Shown here piece after piece: positions 39,170 to 51,030 of a stretch of DNA of 64,000 nt. The stretch spans positions 86,118,001 through 86,182,000 of the forward strand of contig NC_045698.1 in NCBI RefSeq assembly GCF_009834535.1, in the 5' to 3' direction. This DNA comes from Camelus ferus (taxonomy: Eukaryota). A program made the position numbers and the translations under genes. The notes beneath the pieces were generated by a model. It searched no databases, was not told the origin of the DNA, and saw nothing but the letters and a program-made list of their open reading frames with translations. Position 1 is the first letter of the stretch, and each line of letters begins with the position of its first letter.

Positions 39170-39380
39170 GACCTACTTATAACACAGGGAGCTGTAGTCA
39201 GTATCTTATAATAAACCATAGGGGAAAAGAATCTGAAAAAGAACATACACACACACACACACACACACATACACATATGTATGTATAACTGAATCACTAT
39301 GCTGTACACCAGATACTAATATAACATTGTAAATCGACTATACTTCAATTTTTAAAAATACTTTTAAATTAAAAAAAAAA
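39170..39380 (+). mobile_element. Short L1 3' tail with an internal (CA)n tract
   Basis: CACAGGGAGCTGTAGTCAGTATCTTATAATAAACC...GAAAAGAATCTGAAAAAGAA(CA)n...TATAACTGAATCACTATGCTGTACACCAG...GTAAATCGACTATACTTCAAT plus A-tail. Confidence 0.85.
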
Positions 39381-40012
39381 GACAGCAAGTGATGTCACAT
39401 AGCTTTTCTCACTCCCTCTGCTTCTCCTGCTTTTATTACCAGCTCCCACCTCCCACAGACCTCATGCCCTGATCAGTAATGTCATCTGTAATCCTTTGGA
39501 GTCTCTTTTAAATTTATGACCTAACCAAAGTTCTTCAGGGATTGAAATGAGATTTTTTTTCTTTTTAGAAGCGATGGAGCACACTTTCTGGACATAGAGA
39601 GATGTAGCAGCTACTCTCAGCTCCCCAAATACAGCCAAATAACCTTGTGGGTGACCATCCATCTTCCGGGGCCAAGCTGACACAGTGTACGTGCTAGGGT
39701 TAATGAGGGCGGGCACTGCAGGGGTGTAGCGGGTGGAATAAACTGTGGCCTGCCCCCTGAGAGTCTGCCCATTGCATCAACTAGCATGTCTCTGACCTAC
39801 ATACATTTTTCAGATTTTAAAAATGCAAACACACAGCTTAAAATCTCATCTTCCCTTTGCTGTAACCACTCCAGGAGATCTTAATTGACAGAACAAACCC
39901 CCTCATATGATCATGCCACCCACTTCTCCAGGCAGGCCATCAGCAACCACCCCTTTGAGAGTCAGGGTGATAACTTCTTCCTTGGAAGTCCTTTAGCATT
40001 TGCCTTCTAGAT

Positions 40013-40175
40013 CAGTGCTTCTCAAACTTTAATGGGCATTCGAATCACCTGGGGATCTTGTTAAACCACAATCCCATCCAGTAAGTCTGGGTGAGGGTCG
40101 AGATTCCACATTTCTAACAAGTCCTCTGGGGATGCTGATGTTGCGGGTCTAGGGACCACACTTTGAGTAGTAAAG
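40013..40175. mobile_element. MER5A-type hAT-Charlie element
   Basis: CAGTGCTTCTCAAACTTTAA...GAATCACCTGGGGATCTTGTTAAA...TTTCTAACAAG...GGGACCACACTTTGAGTAG. Confidence 0.85.
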
Positions 40176-40229
40176 TGTCCTATGTGCAGAGTGTCTGTAA
40201 CTCACACAAAATGGTACTGATAACATATG

Positions 40230-40465
40230 TTTTATGGTATAGATGGCAATACTGCATAGTAGTTAACTGCTTACTGCCGCCGTTAATTAGCTGCATGAAC
40301 TTCGTAAGTTACATAATCTCTCTTCCTCAATTTTTCTCATCTATAATCTCAAAATAATATGACTTTGTTGATAGACTGTTGAGAGGATTAAATGAATAAA
40401 TATATATGAAGTGCTTATCATAGTGCCTGGCATTTAATAAATGTTCAATAAATACTGGTTGTTCT
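40230..40465 (+). mobile_element. MIR SINE
   Basis: GAGAGGATTAAATGAA...AAGTGCTTATCATAGTGCCTGGCAT...TCAATAAAT. Confidence 0.8.
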
Positions 40466-41169
40466 CATCATCCATATTTCCCTCCAGTTAGATTCTTAAT
40501 TTATTACGGTTAGAGGTTGTGGTTTATATCTCACTGAATCCTCCAAACTTACCATGTAATGTCTCTTTATAGTGATGATAGCTTGTGGAGGGGTTGATGT
40601 TAATTTTATTGCCTGGTTTTTGCATTTCTCTTAATCTGAACAATATTCTTCTATAAAGTTCTTCAGTAATTTCCCATTTATAAGAACCCTTCCACCTGTT
40701 TTGCCCACTTGAGGAAGTGTGAAATATTGTGATGCGTATATATTATTATATGTAAAATACATAAACAATGAATTTCTTTTTATTATTTAAAAAATATATT
40801 TATAGCCTCAGTTTTGCTTCTGAGAACTGTGTGTAGTAGCAAGTGTTAGCTAAACAGAGTGAGGATGAATAGGAGTCAGAGACAGCATCCAGAGAGGAAC
40901 TATTTGTAATACTAAGTAATAAATACCAATGGAGGCAAAGAGCCTAGACTTACAGGGAAGACAGGCAGGGTGATTGCAGGGCAGGGGAGAGGATCCTTAC
41001 CCTGGGCAAAGGGTCCAGCAGATGAAACAGAGAGCCCAGTCCTCAGGCCCTCACTTCATCCTTCACAGTATAACCAACTGAGCAGACTAAAAATGACCCC
41101 AGGTCACCTCCACCTGCATGGACCCCTTCAGCCCACAGGAAACCAGCCACTCATCTTCTGATAAGCCCT

Positions 41170-41730
41170 GTTTCCCTTATCTGCTACTACCCAACAGACT
41201 ATCCCAAATCTCAGTGGCTTTAAACAACTGTTGATTATTATCTCTTGCTATTCTTGAGTTGGCTGGACTCAGGTAAGCAGTTTCCCACTAGGGTTCTCTC
41301 CTGCCTTTGAAGTCAGATGGCAGATGGGGCTGGAGTCATTGAAATTCTAGGCTGGAGCTGGCCAACTTAAGAAGGCTTCATCGCTCACATGTCCGGCACT
41401 TCAGATGGCTGGAATAACTACTGCGTGCTCAGGCACCTCTGTCTCCCTGCAGCCTCTCCACGTGGCAAGCATGAACTTCCTCACAAGGTGTCGTGTCAGG
41501 GTAGTCTGACCTCTTATGTGGCGACAGGATTCCCCCACAGCCAGCATTCCAAGAGACCCAGGGCTCCTCAAAAGTCACTGCACTTCAAAAGTCAAGTAGC
41601 AGCATTTCCGCCACATTCCGTCAGCCAGCCCAGATTCAAGGGGCAGGGACAACGCAAGGGCTCAATTCTAGAGGGTTATGCTGCACTGGGAAGGGAAGCC
41701 CAAAAGCTTCTTGGATAGGTCCTATCCACG
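41170..41730 (-). mobile_element. MaLR LTR, MLT1G/H-like
   Basis: CCCAAATCTCAGTGGCTTTAAACAAC...CAGATGGGGCTGGAGTCAT...CCAGCCCAGATTCAAGGGG. Confidence 0.75.
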
Positions 41731-42859
41731 CATGTTCAGGGAAGCAGGGACAAGACAGCCCAACTTTTGCCAGCACTGTCTCCTGCCAAGATCAGATGAG
41801 GAAAACAACCAATCAAAAAACATATTTTGTAAAAACCCTCTGTGTTTGTTCAGCCTTCAAAATCTTTGGACAAAACTGTCTATCAAGAAGGAAGAAAGTG
41901 TAGAAATTGGATAGGATTTGGAAATTCACAACTAAAACAAATGAAGTTCTAAGACCACAGAAAGTAAGAAACAAGAATGACAGGTAAGAAGCGAAAAGAA
42001 GCCATCACCTTATTTGCTTCCCCTGATCTCAGATAAACAGAGTTTGGACATCAGAATATTCATCTCTTCCTAAATGTTTTCTCTGAAGTATTTGCCGTTT
42101 AGACGGCAAATATTGTGCGGACGTACATTACCTTTTTCCTGAATAATGAAGTAAAACCAAGAAATAAGGCCAATGATTGCTGAGGTCCTCCTCTTAATAA
42201 TAAAAAGCTTTGTTAAACTATTTGTCAAAAAAGTCTCATAGAAAAGGAGAAAACAGGACCCCTCCCCCCTTTATCTCCTAGACTCCTCCCCATTTCCCAG
42301 AGAAACAAACCAAGAGCCACAGATTTTCATGAGCGTGCCCGGGGGCTCCCAGAGCCTGGACCGGATTCAGACTGGGAGTCACATTGCCAAGCCAGATGTT
42401 TTCTTTTCCAGCAATGATTTTGCATTCCTTATCTTTCCCTCCCATTCATAAGTGGGATAATTAAAATTGACTGAGCATCTACTGGACGTCAAGTAATGTA
42501 TTCAGTGCTCTTTCCAAAAATCTCTTATCTTCTTTTTGCCATAAAGCAGAGACTAAAAATGCACAGTTATCTCCTCTGGTATTTATTTATGGACCACAAG
42601 CAGGAATTAAAAGGTGATGAAGAAGGTCACAAACGTGTTTAGGGTCGACTGCTCATACGTTCCTTCAGTCTCATACACACACGGCCCCCGTGTATCATTT
42701 CTGCACAGGGACAGGGTATTTCTGAGAACGGTTTAGAACATATCAAATGTGCATCTATTACTTCCCGTTACCTCTTTCTGTCCAGCTGCATCTGCTCCTT
42801 CGAGAAACGACACCTTTTGGACTGTGTGGAACTGTCTCTGAATTCTCAGGCACAGGTAA

Positions 42860-43263
42860 TGACCCAGGCAAATCAAAGACAATATTTTCTCTCCTAGCCA
42901 TAAAGGAGCTAGCCTCAGAATCACAATGGGAGAATTAGATTTCTTTTCCAGAATCTACATGGATTCTTGGGGAAAGACCTCTTTCTTCAGGGCAGTGTGA
43001 ACTAGGAGCTCTCAGCGGCATCTCTGACACATCTAGCCAAAGAAGTCAACACAGAGAAAAGCAGAGTTGAGACCTGGATGGAAAGAGGTCGAGTCCTGTG
43101 ACATCACTGAACGTCTGGCTCTAGACATGTATAAAGCCACTATACCACTAGACTTTTCAATGATATGAATCAGTAAATTCTCCCTCCCCTCCTCTTTTTT
43201 TTTTTTTTAGCAATTTTAAGTTGGGTTTCTGTTATTTGCAGCTATCAAGTCCTGACTAATACA
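42860..43263 (+). mobile_element. Old MaLR LTR 3' half, MLT1J/K-like
   Basis: CTAGACTTTTCAATGATATGAATCAGTAAATTC...TTTAAGTTGGGTTTCTGTTATTTGCAGC...CCTGACTAATACA end. Confidence 0.7.
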
Positions 43264-43559
43264 CAATTGCATTAGGTCAAACCAAACCAAAGCACCCCAC
43301 CTACATAATAGTACAACTCGCAAAGACCTAGAAGGACCCATCATTTTGGCACTACCATGAAGATTAGTTTTCCAAAACCCTACAGTCAGCAGAGCTATTG
43401 GAACATGTCAGCTACCACGTGGGTAGACTGGTTTGGACACTTAGCTGTCTCTTTCTCCTGCCTATGCACACACTCTATCAGTCAGAGCCCCAGGGTCTTC
43501 GGTCGCAGACCCAACCCATATGGTTTCAATAAATGTATTTTAATAAAGTGATGACTTAC

Positions 43560-43905
43560 AGAGGGGGATGCAGCATTAACGAGGGATGGGATACCTGGAA
43601 ACTTGCAAATGCTGAGAAGGCTTTACCACCCCTGTGTTACCAGGGATCAGAGAGAGCTGGAGCCCTGGAGTTCCTGCTCGCAGGGGCTGTGACCACAGAG
43701 GGATGCATGCCAGACACACAGCGCTATGGCAGAGAGGAACAAGCAAGAACCCACCCTGCCCTCTTTTCTGCCCTCTGATCTCCTGCCAGTGCCTCTCACT
43801 GGCCAAACCCAGTTGAAAGCCAGCTGGCACAAAACAGTCAGCCTCCTCAAGCAGAGAGCAGTGCAGACAAAGAATCTGGATGAGGACAAAACAGAATAAC
43901 CAGGA
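43560..43905 (-). mobile_element. ERVL LTR, LTR33/LTR16-like
   Basis: CCCTCTGATCTCCTGCCAGTGCCTCTCACTGGCCAAACCCAGTTGAAAGCCAG, as in recalled LTR33-type consensus. Confidence 0.65.
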
Positions 43906-45022
43906 AACCTACCCACTTCTTTCTTGATAATATTGTATAGCGCCCTTAAAGAATCATTAGGAAAAGGGGTGAAAGCATTTTGTTTGGGACCCTACGTGCC
44001 TCCGTACAATGCTCACTTTCCAGAATTTCCTTCCTGTCTTTGTTCAAGTGAATCTGTACCATCTCTTCTGAAATGATTTTAGAATTTAAAGGCTATCATT
44101 CTCTCTCTCACTATTACTACATAACCTTTTTGCTCTATATTTTCTCGTTTGTTCCCTCAGATAGCCCTATACACTGAAGACACAGAAAGGCATGGCAAAG
44201 GACTGTGGAAGCTCTGAAGGCAGGGTCAGGAATGACAAAGAACTCTAAATGTTTGATGTTCCTCACACTATTTGAAGAACAAATGCACCCAAGTGTTTGG
44301 TCTTTAAGGAGATGAATGCACACGCTAGGATGTTTTGCTTTGTCTTCATTCATTCTCGACATAAATCTTCAAGCAGACATTTCTCCTTAATACATCCAGT
44401 ATACAGGAAATTGTTTTTTTGGCTATAAAAATGCATTAACAGCTCCAAAGGAGCAATTACACCATGTATTGTAAACGCACATTAAGGCTAATACACCACA
44501 CTTATCTAAACCTCAGTGAATTCAGGGCCATGGCATCGCTAGTAACGCTAGCACAAAGGTGACTCAGATTAGTTCAAGAAATAAGACCCCAGGGGGAGAA
44601 GGCTTCCCTCTGTTGTGTCAATTACAATGATACAGGTATAAAGCAAGAATCTGGTCCCATTTTGTTGCTTTTTATAGAAGCCTTAAAATCTAGAATGAGG
44701 TTGTATGCACAAAGGAGTGTTTACGCCACTACATTCCCATGGTGAATTTCTGCAAGCCCTCTGACGCAGGTTAGCCCCTTGCATTCGGAAATCATTGTGT
44801 CTCATGCAGACAGTGAGTCAATTACTGAGGCTGTATGCCTGGTTTTAGAGTAGACTTTATTTATTACCCTTGTTATGGTTGGGATATGGAGGACCCTAAC
44901 TATAATGTGTGAAATCAGATTCTCCTACTTTGCATTACAAATCTCACTGGATGCAGTGAATCTGCTTTATCTGAGTCCATTCTGGATTAACGGGAATGGA
45001 AATATGGATTTTTTTTCATCCA

Positions 45023-45162
45023 NNNNNNNNNNNNNNNNNNNNNNNNNNNNNNNNNNNNNNNNNNNNNNNNNNNNNNNNNNNNNNNNNNNNNNNNNNNNNN
45101 NNNNNNNNNNNNNNNNNNNNNNNNNNNNNNNNNNNNNNNNNNNNNNNNNNNNNNNNNNNNNN
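45023..45162. other. N-block, 140 nt
   Basis: Run of N. Confidence 0.95.
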
Positions 45163-45256
45163 CTTCAGCCTGCTGATAAATTTCTCTGGCCTATTTTTTT
45201 TTTCTTATGCAGACATAAAAATACAAAGACAAACAATAAATTTTCCTCCCTCCACT

Positions 45257-45596
45257 NNNNNNNNNNNNNNNNNNNNNNNNNNNNNNNNNNNNNNNNNNNN
45301 NNNNNNNNNNNNNNNNNNNNNNNNNNNNNNNNNNNNNNNNNNNNNNNNNNNNNNNNNNNNNNNNNNNNNNNNNNNNNNNNNNNNNNNNNNNNNNNNNNNN
45401 NNNNNNNNNNNNNNNNNNNNNNNNNNNNNNNNNNNNNNNNNNNNNNNNNNNNNNNNNNNNNNNNNNNNNNNNNNNNNNNNNNNNNNNNNNNNNNNNNNNN
45501 NNNNNNNNNNNNNNNNNNNNNNNNNNNNNNNNNNNNNNNNNNNNNNNNNNNNNNNNNNNNNNNNNNNNNNNNNNNNNNNNNNNNNNNNNNNNNNNN
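45257..45596. other. N-block, 340 nt
   Basis: Run of N, separated from the previous block by 94 bp. Confidence 0.95.
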
Positions 45597-46384
45597 TTAA
45601 TTTTCTCTGTCGTAATACTAAATAACAACCTGGGGTCTCTGCTTTGTACAAAAAGCACAAAGGTTCTTTAACAATCTTCAGTTCTCTCTGTCTCTCGCCC
45701 CATCCCCCGCTCTCATCCCTCCCTTTCCTCCTTCTCTGCAGGCAGACTTGTTCTCTGATCTATATATTCTTTTAACATGCCTTTTCCTTCTGTTTCCATT
45801 TTTCTCCCTTTTATGATTTCTTCTCTCTTTCCTTCTTCTTCCACTTTTTTTCCCCTTTTAATTAAAAACTGGGTAAACAACTAAAACCTCACGAAACACC
45901 CTTCCTTCCTGCCCACCCCCTGGTCTCCAGTCCCTTTCTCTCCACCTTTTTTCCTTGACTCTCTCTGGTGTGCAGACTTTTTACAAAATGTTTATTGTAA
46001 GAGCTATTCAAGAAAGAAAGCCCTAAGATGGAGACAGAAGATGCAGCATATTTTAATTCTATCTCACTTTCCTTCCTATTCTATTAGCAAGGACATAGAG
46101 GTCAAAATGGACCAACCCTGGAATGCCCTCTCAACCCCCTTAGGGGCCTTTGAATTCAACTCAAATGCTGAAATCCATTCTTGCGTCCTGCGGTGAACAC
46201 ATACATATAGTAGGATTTCACCACATCCCTTTGGGGAATAGGGCATTGGTATTCATATACTTCTGCATGCGTAATCACTATTAAATATAATCTAATGAAG
46301 TGTCTTTGTGTCTAAAATGCAGTTACCTGAGGACCCTCCTTACAAAACATTCATTGAATTTTGTTCCCATTCACGTCTGGCAGC

Positions 46385-46432
46385 AACAAATACTGTGCAA
46401 AAAAAAAAAAAAAAAAAAACAAATACTGTGCA
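46385..46432 (+). mobile_element. Poly(A)-only insertion with 15-bp direct repeats
   Basis: AACAAATACTGTGCA (46385-46399), then 18 A, then AACAAATACTGTGCA (46418-46432). Confidence 0.65.
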
Positions 46433-48234
46433 GCTTTTACAGGGTTGGTGTAGGTGTTGTTAATGTACTCTCCACATCCATTTAAATGCAAATCTTCATG
46501 CAAATCATCACTCGGAGGAAGGAAAAAAAGAAAGAATGTGTTTAGCTGAAGACAAAGCTAGAGGGATAATAGAAACCATGAATAGGGTGTCAGTGGAGGG
46601 CTGCACAATAAAAGCCTCCTCTGCACGCAAATGAAAACACATTAACGCCAGCTCAGAGGATTTCTCAATAGGTTCTTACAGTATTGTTGTATGTAAACAG
46701 CATTCCCAGCAGGTGAAACAAAATGAATGAAACTGGAAGAAATTTACACGACTCTAGGGGAAGGAAAAGGGCGAAGGGGTTGTACAGACCAGGCCCTTGA
46801 TCGATGCCCAAGATACCAACTGTGGACAAATATTTACACTTCCTTCAATAATCCAAAATTTGGAACCAAACAATTCATTGTCCAAATGACGCAATTGTTA
46901 AATAATGCTGTGGGGCTAACGTTTCAACAGAAAAGGAGGAAATGAGCTGGGACTGAATAAATATCATTATACTTGAGAATAGCAACTTTGAGGCTGAATT
47001 TGGCTCTGGGGAGGGCTGGATTGTGATCTTAGGGAAATTTCCAATTTGCACTATTTGCAAAGAAAACGTTACACCAACAAAGGTTAAGTGCTGGCATTAA
47101 GAAAAGCAGAATGGCCTAGAGTTTCCCAGTTATTTCTATTTTAAGTACTTCTCCAAGTTTCCCTTGGATGCACTCAAAGGAGTTGACAAGAAACCAAGGA
47201 AGTTCCAAAATAACAAGGCCAAGGCATTGGTAATGGTGTATGGAAGGGAGAAAATGATCTGTTCATGTCATATTTTCAAGTGAATAAACCTATTTGCGAT
47301 GCATGTTGTTATTTTTGAAAAAAAAAAAAAACTTCAGTTTTCTTGTAGCTTTCATGATTTGCAATTGCTCCAGCTGACGGCACCAATTGAGCAATGAAAC
47401 TTGGAGGACTTAATTTGGGCGGATTATGGACGGCTTTCCATAGACTTCAAGCAGTATTATGTGCTCTTTAACTTGGAGTGATTTCACATTTCTTGGAGCC
47501 TACAACTGGCTGGAGTCATCACTTTTGATTTCCTTGGCTGCCTATAGTCCAATAATCTCTCCAACCCCCATCACCACATTGCTAAAGGGAAAAAAGAATA
47601 AGAGAAAAAAATTTTTTTAAACTTTGCAAAAATTAACTCTAAAAACTTAATTTTTTCCCACAGTGAAGAGTTTTTATCATTTAAATGAATGTTCCTTTTT
47701 GACAGCAATTCTCTTGTTCTTATTATTTTATTTAGTTAGTTCTCTGAGGCAGCATTGGGGATCCTAAAATGATTCCCTGTCTCTCCACTCACTCAACCTT
47801 GCTTGCTGTGTGCTCCTCAATTTCAAACTCTTAGACTGTAATCAGAGGTGGATGAGTCTGTAAAAGACTTGGCTCTATACAGGACTATCAGGTGGTTAAT
47901 ACTGAAAGAGGAAAAATGTAATTTTTTTTCTAAATATACAGAAACAGTTACAGTTAGGGGAAGGAGAGACAGAGACAACCTAGACTTTGAACAGACTCTT
48001 AGTTTTTCAAACATTAAATTGTTCACTGTAGTAAATAATACATGGTTGCAATATACATATAGAGAGAGAGAAAGATTTAAATTGTTAACTTATATTTAAG
48101 TTATTAAATATATTTAACAATTATTTTAATAATTAAAATAGTTATTAAATACATTCATTATTAAATATACTTTTGTTTATAGATTTTTTTTTAATATAGT
48201 ATCTTTTCCATAAAAACAGGCGAGGATGAAGATA

Positions 48235-48625
48235 TACTAGTCAGGATAAATTGGGTAAGGCCATAACAAGAAAGTCCCAAATTCTTAGTGATATAATGCA
48301 AAAAAGTTTTATTCTTGCTCACAAAATATCCACTGTGCATCCTGGAGACTTTCCAGGGCAAATGGTCTCCACGTAGTGACTCAGTCATCCAGGCTCGTGG
48401 ACGATTCACTTTATTATAGCTGCATTACCAGAGGCTGTGCCTTCCCTGTTCCTCAGGGGGAGAAAAGAGCTACAACTACAGTTAAACACTTGGGCTGGAC
48501 AGTGGCACACATCATTTCTACTTGTAACCCATTGGCCAGAAGTGGCCACATGGCAACAAGAGCCAGTTGTGACCCTCCCATGTGCTCAGAGGGCCTAGAG
48601 AACCAACTATGAGTAAGTGGTGGGA
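48235..48625 (-). mobile_element. Old MaLR LTR, MLT1I/K/L-like
   Basis: TAGTCAGGATAAATTGGG...GTGACTCAGTCATCCAGGCT...CACATCATTTCTACTT...CCATTGGCCAGAAGTGGCCACATGG. Confidence 0.7.
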
Positions 48626-48694
48626 GTTTCCAATATGGAAAAATAATTGTGGTATCAGATGTCATTGTTCTCCTTAGAAAATCCGTATCTTATA

Positions 48695-48870
48695 ATTAGT
48701 ACCTTGCCTATCACATTCAAAGTTCATTTTATATTATATTTGTAGGCTTGCCTATTTTGCTTTCAGTGGCTTATGAGATCTTTGAGGTTAGGAAACACAT
48801 TTGCTCATTTTTATACCCAACCAACTTTGCATATAGAGGATATTCTATAAATATTGATCTAATTAAATGA
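48695..48870 (+). mobile_element. L2 3' terminus
   Basis: GAGATCTTTGAGGTTAGGAAAC...ATAAATATTGATCTAATTAAATGAA. Confidence 0.55.
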
Positions 48871-49104
48871 AGCTATACTTTCCAAAATAATCATGACAGT
48901 TCCCCTGCAGTATCTTGGTCCAGATAACAGGTCACAACCCTTAGAAAATGGTCCAATGCCTGGACACACAGAAGTTATGGGTAAGTGCTGAATTCAGCGG
49001 CCCAGCTGGACTGCATCAGTAAATAGCACTGAGTGTATTTTCTAATTATTTCACATTTCTTTCTTTTTTGACAGAAAAGGGGGGGGCAGTTTTAGGAAAG
49101 AGAT

Positions 49105-49260
49105 GCTGTATAGTGCTGATTATAACACTGGACTTGAGTCTGAAAATTTGTGTTTTGCCCTGACTCTGCCCTTGTGTATTCATGTCAAGTCACTCAGCCT
49201 CAGATTCTTCACATACAGAGGGATGGAGCTGGAGCTCTGAAGCCCTTTCCAGCTCATACA
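49105..49260 (+). mobile_element. MIR SINE
   Basis: CAAGTCACTCAGCCTCAGATTCTTCACATACAGAGGGATGG...CCCTTTCCAGCTC. Confidence 0.6.
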
Positions 49261-49589
49261 TGCTGTATTTTAAGAACTGTGCAACTTAAAGGAATTTTTA
49301 GATAACTGTTTCAGAAATTTTCTAGACAATGTTTGTGAAATTTTTAGTATCCTCTTACCTCTCCTTCCTAAGTCCCTTTTTTCAGTTTAGCACACTGTCC
49401 ATTGTGACCCTTGGTTACTCAGCATCCCTTCCTTTCCCATTAGTCATTTCCCATTAGTCTGAATTCACTCAAAAACATAATTTTTCCTATTTTCTTTTGA
49501 TGCAGGAATTAGCTAAGTTCTAAATAAATAAATCTGACTAAAAACTTGTGATCCCTCAGTATATAGAGCCTTAATGATAGCAATTCATT

Positions 49590-50002
49590 GCATCCTGCTG
49601 TGGTAAAGGTGCCAGATCTCCCCTCCAACTAAATAGTGGTAGCAAGCCTACTGAATACGTGGCCCAGAGTCAGCCAATGAGATGCTCCTGTCCAGGGCTT
49701 TGAGTCTTGGCTCTGTAGCACCAAAGCACAAACAGAAATGATAGGAACATCCTCATTAATTGGAGATAGGGGGGACACTTGTCCTGTCCTACAGTACTTG
49801 TGGTAGCAAAATTCTGGTCAGGCTGCTTCTGCTAAAACATGATTTTAGTGCTCCCTGATTCATGATCCTCTTGGCTTTTGTCCATTTTCCCAAGCCCAGT
49901 CCTTCAAAACCCTCCAGGAGCTTTGCAAGAAATTCTTCTGTTTGCATAAGACCATTGAAGGCCATTTTTGTTTCTCACAACTAAAAGATTCTTAACTAAC
50001 TC
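49590..50002 (+). mobile_element. Old ERVL/MaLR LTR
   Basis: GCCCAGAGTCAGCCAATGAGATGCTCC and 3' end TTTTTGTTTCTCACAACTAAAAGATTCTTAACTAAC. Confidence 0.5.
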
Positions 50003-50011
50003 AGAGTGATA

Positions 50012-50695
50012 AAGAACAAGGTAAGATGTTTCCTCTCCCTATTGCTTTCCAACATCATTCTAGAAGTTCTTGCTAATGCAATTAAACAAGAAAAGAAGCT
50101 AAAATACAGACAGATCAGAAAGGAAGAAATAAAACTGTCTTTGTTCACAGATGATATGTCTGTGTAGAAAATCCAAAAGACTTAACAACAACAACAAATC
50201 TTCTGGAATTAATAAGCAATCGTAGTATTAGAGCAAGGGTGCAGGATATAAGGTTAATCTACAAAAGTTGACTGCTTTCCTTTATACCAGCAATGAACAA
50301 AGTAAAATTCAAAATAGAAAACACAATACCATTTACATTAGCATCCCCCCAAATTAAATACTTACATATAAGTCTGACAAGTATCTACAAGATCAATATG
50401 AGGAAAACCATGAAACTCTGANNNNNNNNNNNNNNNNNNNNNNNNNNNNNNNNNNNNNNNNNNNNNNNNNNNNNNNNNNNNNNNNNNNNNNNNNNNNNNN
50501 NNNNNNNNNNNNNNNNNNNNNNNNNNNNNNNNNNNNNNNNNNNNNNNNNNNNNNNNNNNNNNNNNNNNNNNNNNNNNNNNNNNNNNNNNNNNNNNNNNNN
50601 NNNNNNNNNNNNNNNNNNNNNNNNNNNNNNNNNTTGAAGGATAACAGATTTGGAGGGCTAATACCACCCAACATCAAGACTTACTTATAAGGCTA
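50012..50695 (+). mobile_element. Degenerate L1 ORF2 reverse transcriptase fragment
   Basis: Reads [39 protein letters not shown] (compare L1 [39 protein letters not shown]), followed by frameshifts and stops. Confidence 0.9.
50422..50633. other. N-block, 212 nt, inside L1 ORF2
   Basis: Both flanks are colinear L1 ORF2 sequence (AAACTCTGA ... TTGAAGGA). Confidence 0.95.
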
Positions 50696-50789
50696 ATTGA
50701 TTCAGAAGTTACAGCTGATAGAGTTAAGTTTGCTTCTCTAACCACAAATGTTGCTTTTTAACATATATTACCTGATTTGACCACTAATA

Positions 50790-51030
50790 TGATAAAGCAA
50801 TTTGTTGTTTACATAGTGTCAACAAATCTGTTATCTCATTTGATCCTTCAATTAACCTTAGAAGGGCACAACATGTAAAAATGTAACTATTTCTAACTGA
50901 AGGGTATCGAATTAAGGTTCTAAGAAAGTAAGTGATTTGACCAAGGTTAGCACAAAATTAAGTAATAGATCAGGATTCACAACCAGAACTAATCATTCCA
51001 AATCCAAGCCATTTTTTAACCATTCCACTC
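50790..51030 (-). mobile_element. MIR SINE
   Basis: TTATCTCATTTGATCCTTCAATTAACC...AAAGTAAGTGATTTGACCAAGGTTAGCAC...GGATTCACAACCAG. Confidence 0.75.

Larger units (their letters stand above)
44400..47550. promoter_or_regulatory. Candidate conserved non-coding enhancer cluster
   Basis: No recognisable transposon body. CACAAAG 44552, TGACTCA 44560, CCCCAGGGGG 44587, CAATTACAATG 44619, TGAGTCA 44814. Contains two N-blocks. Confidence 0.4.

Noticed and set aside
44875-45660. Long ORFs of 151-241 aa in the track, and similar ORFs over the other N-blocks
   Set aside because: They are open only because N runs translate as X.
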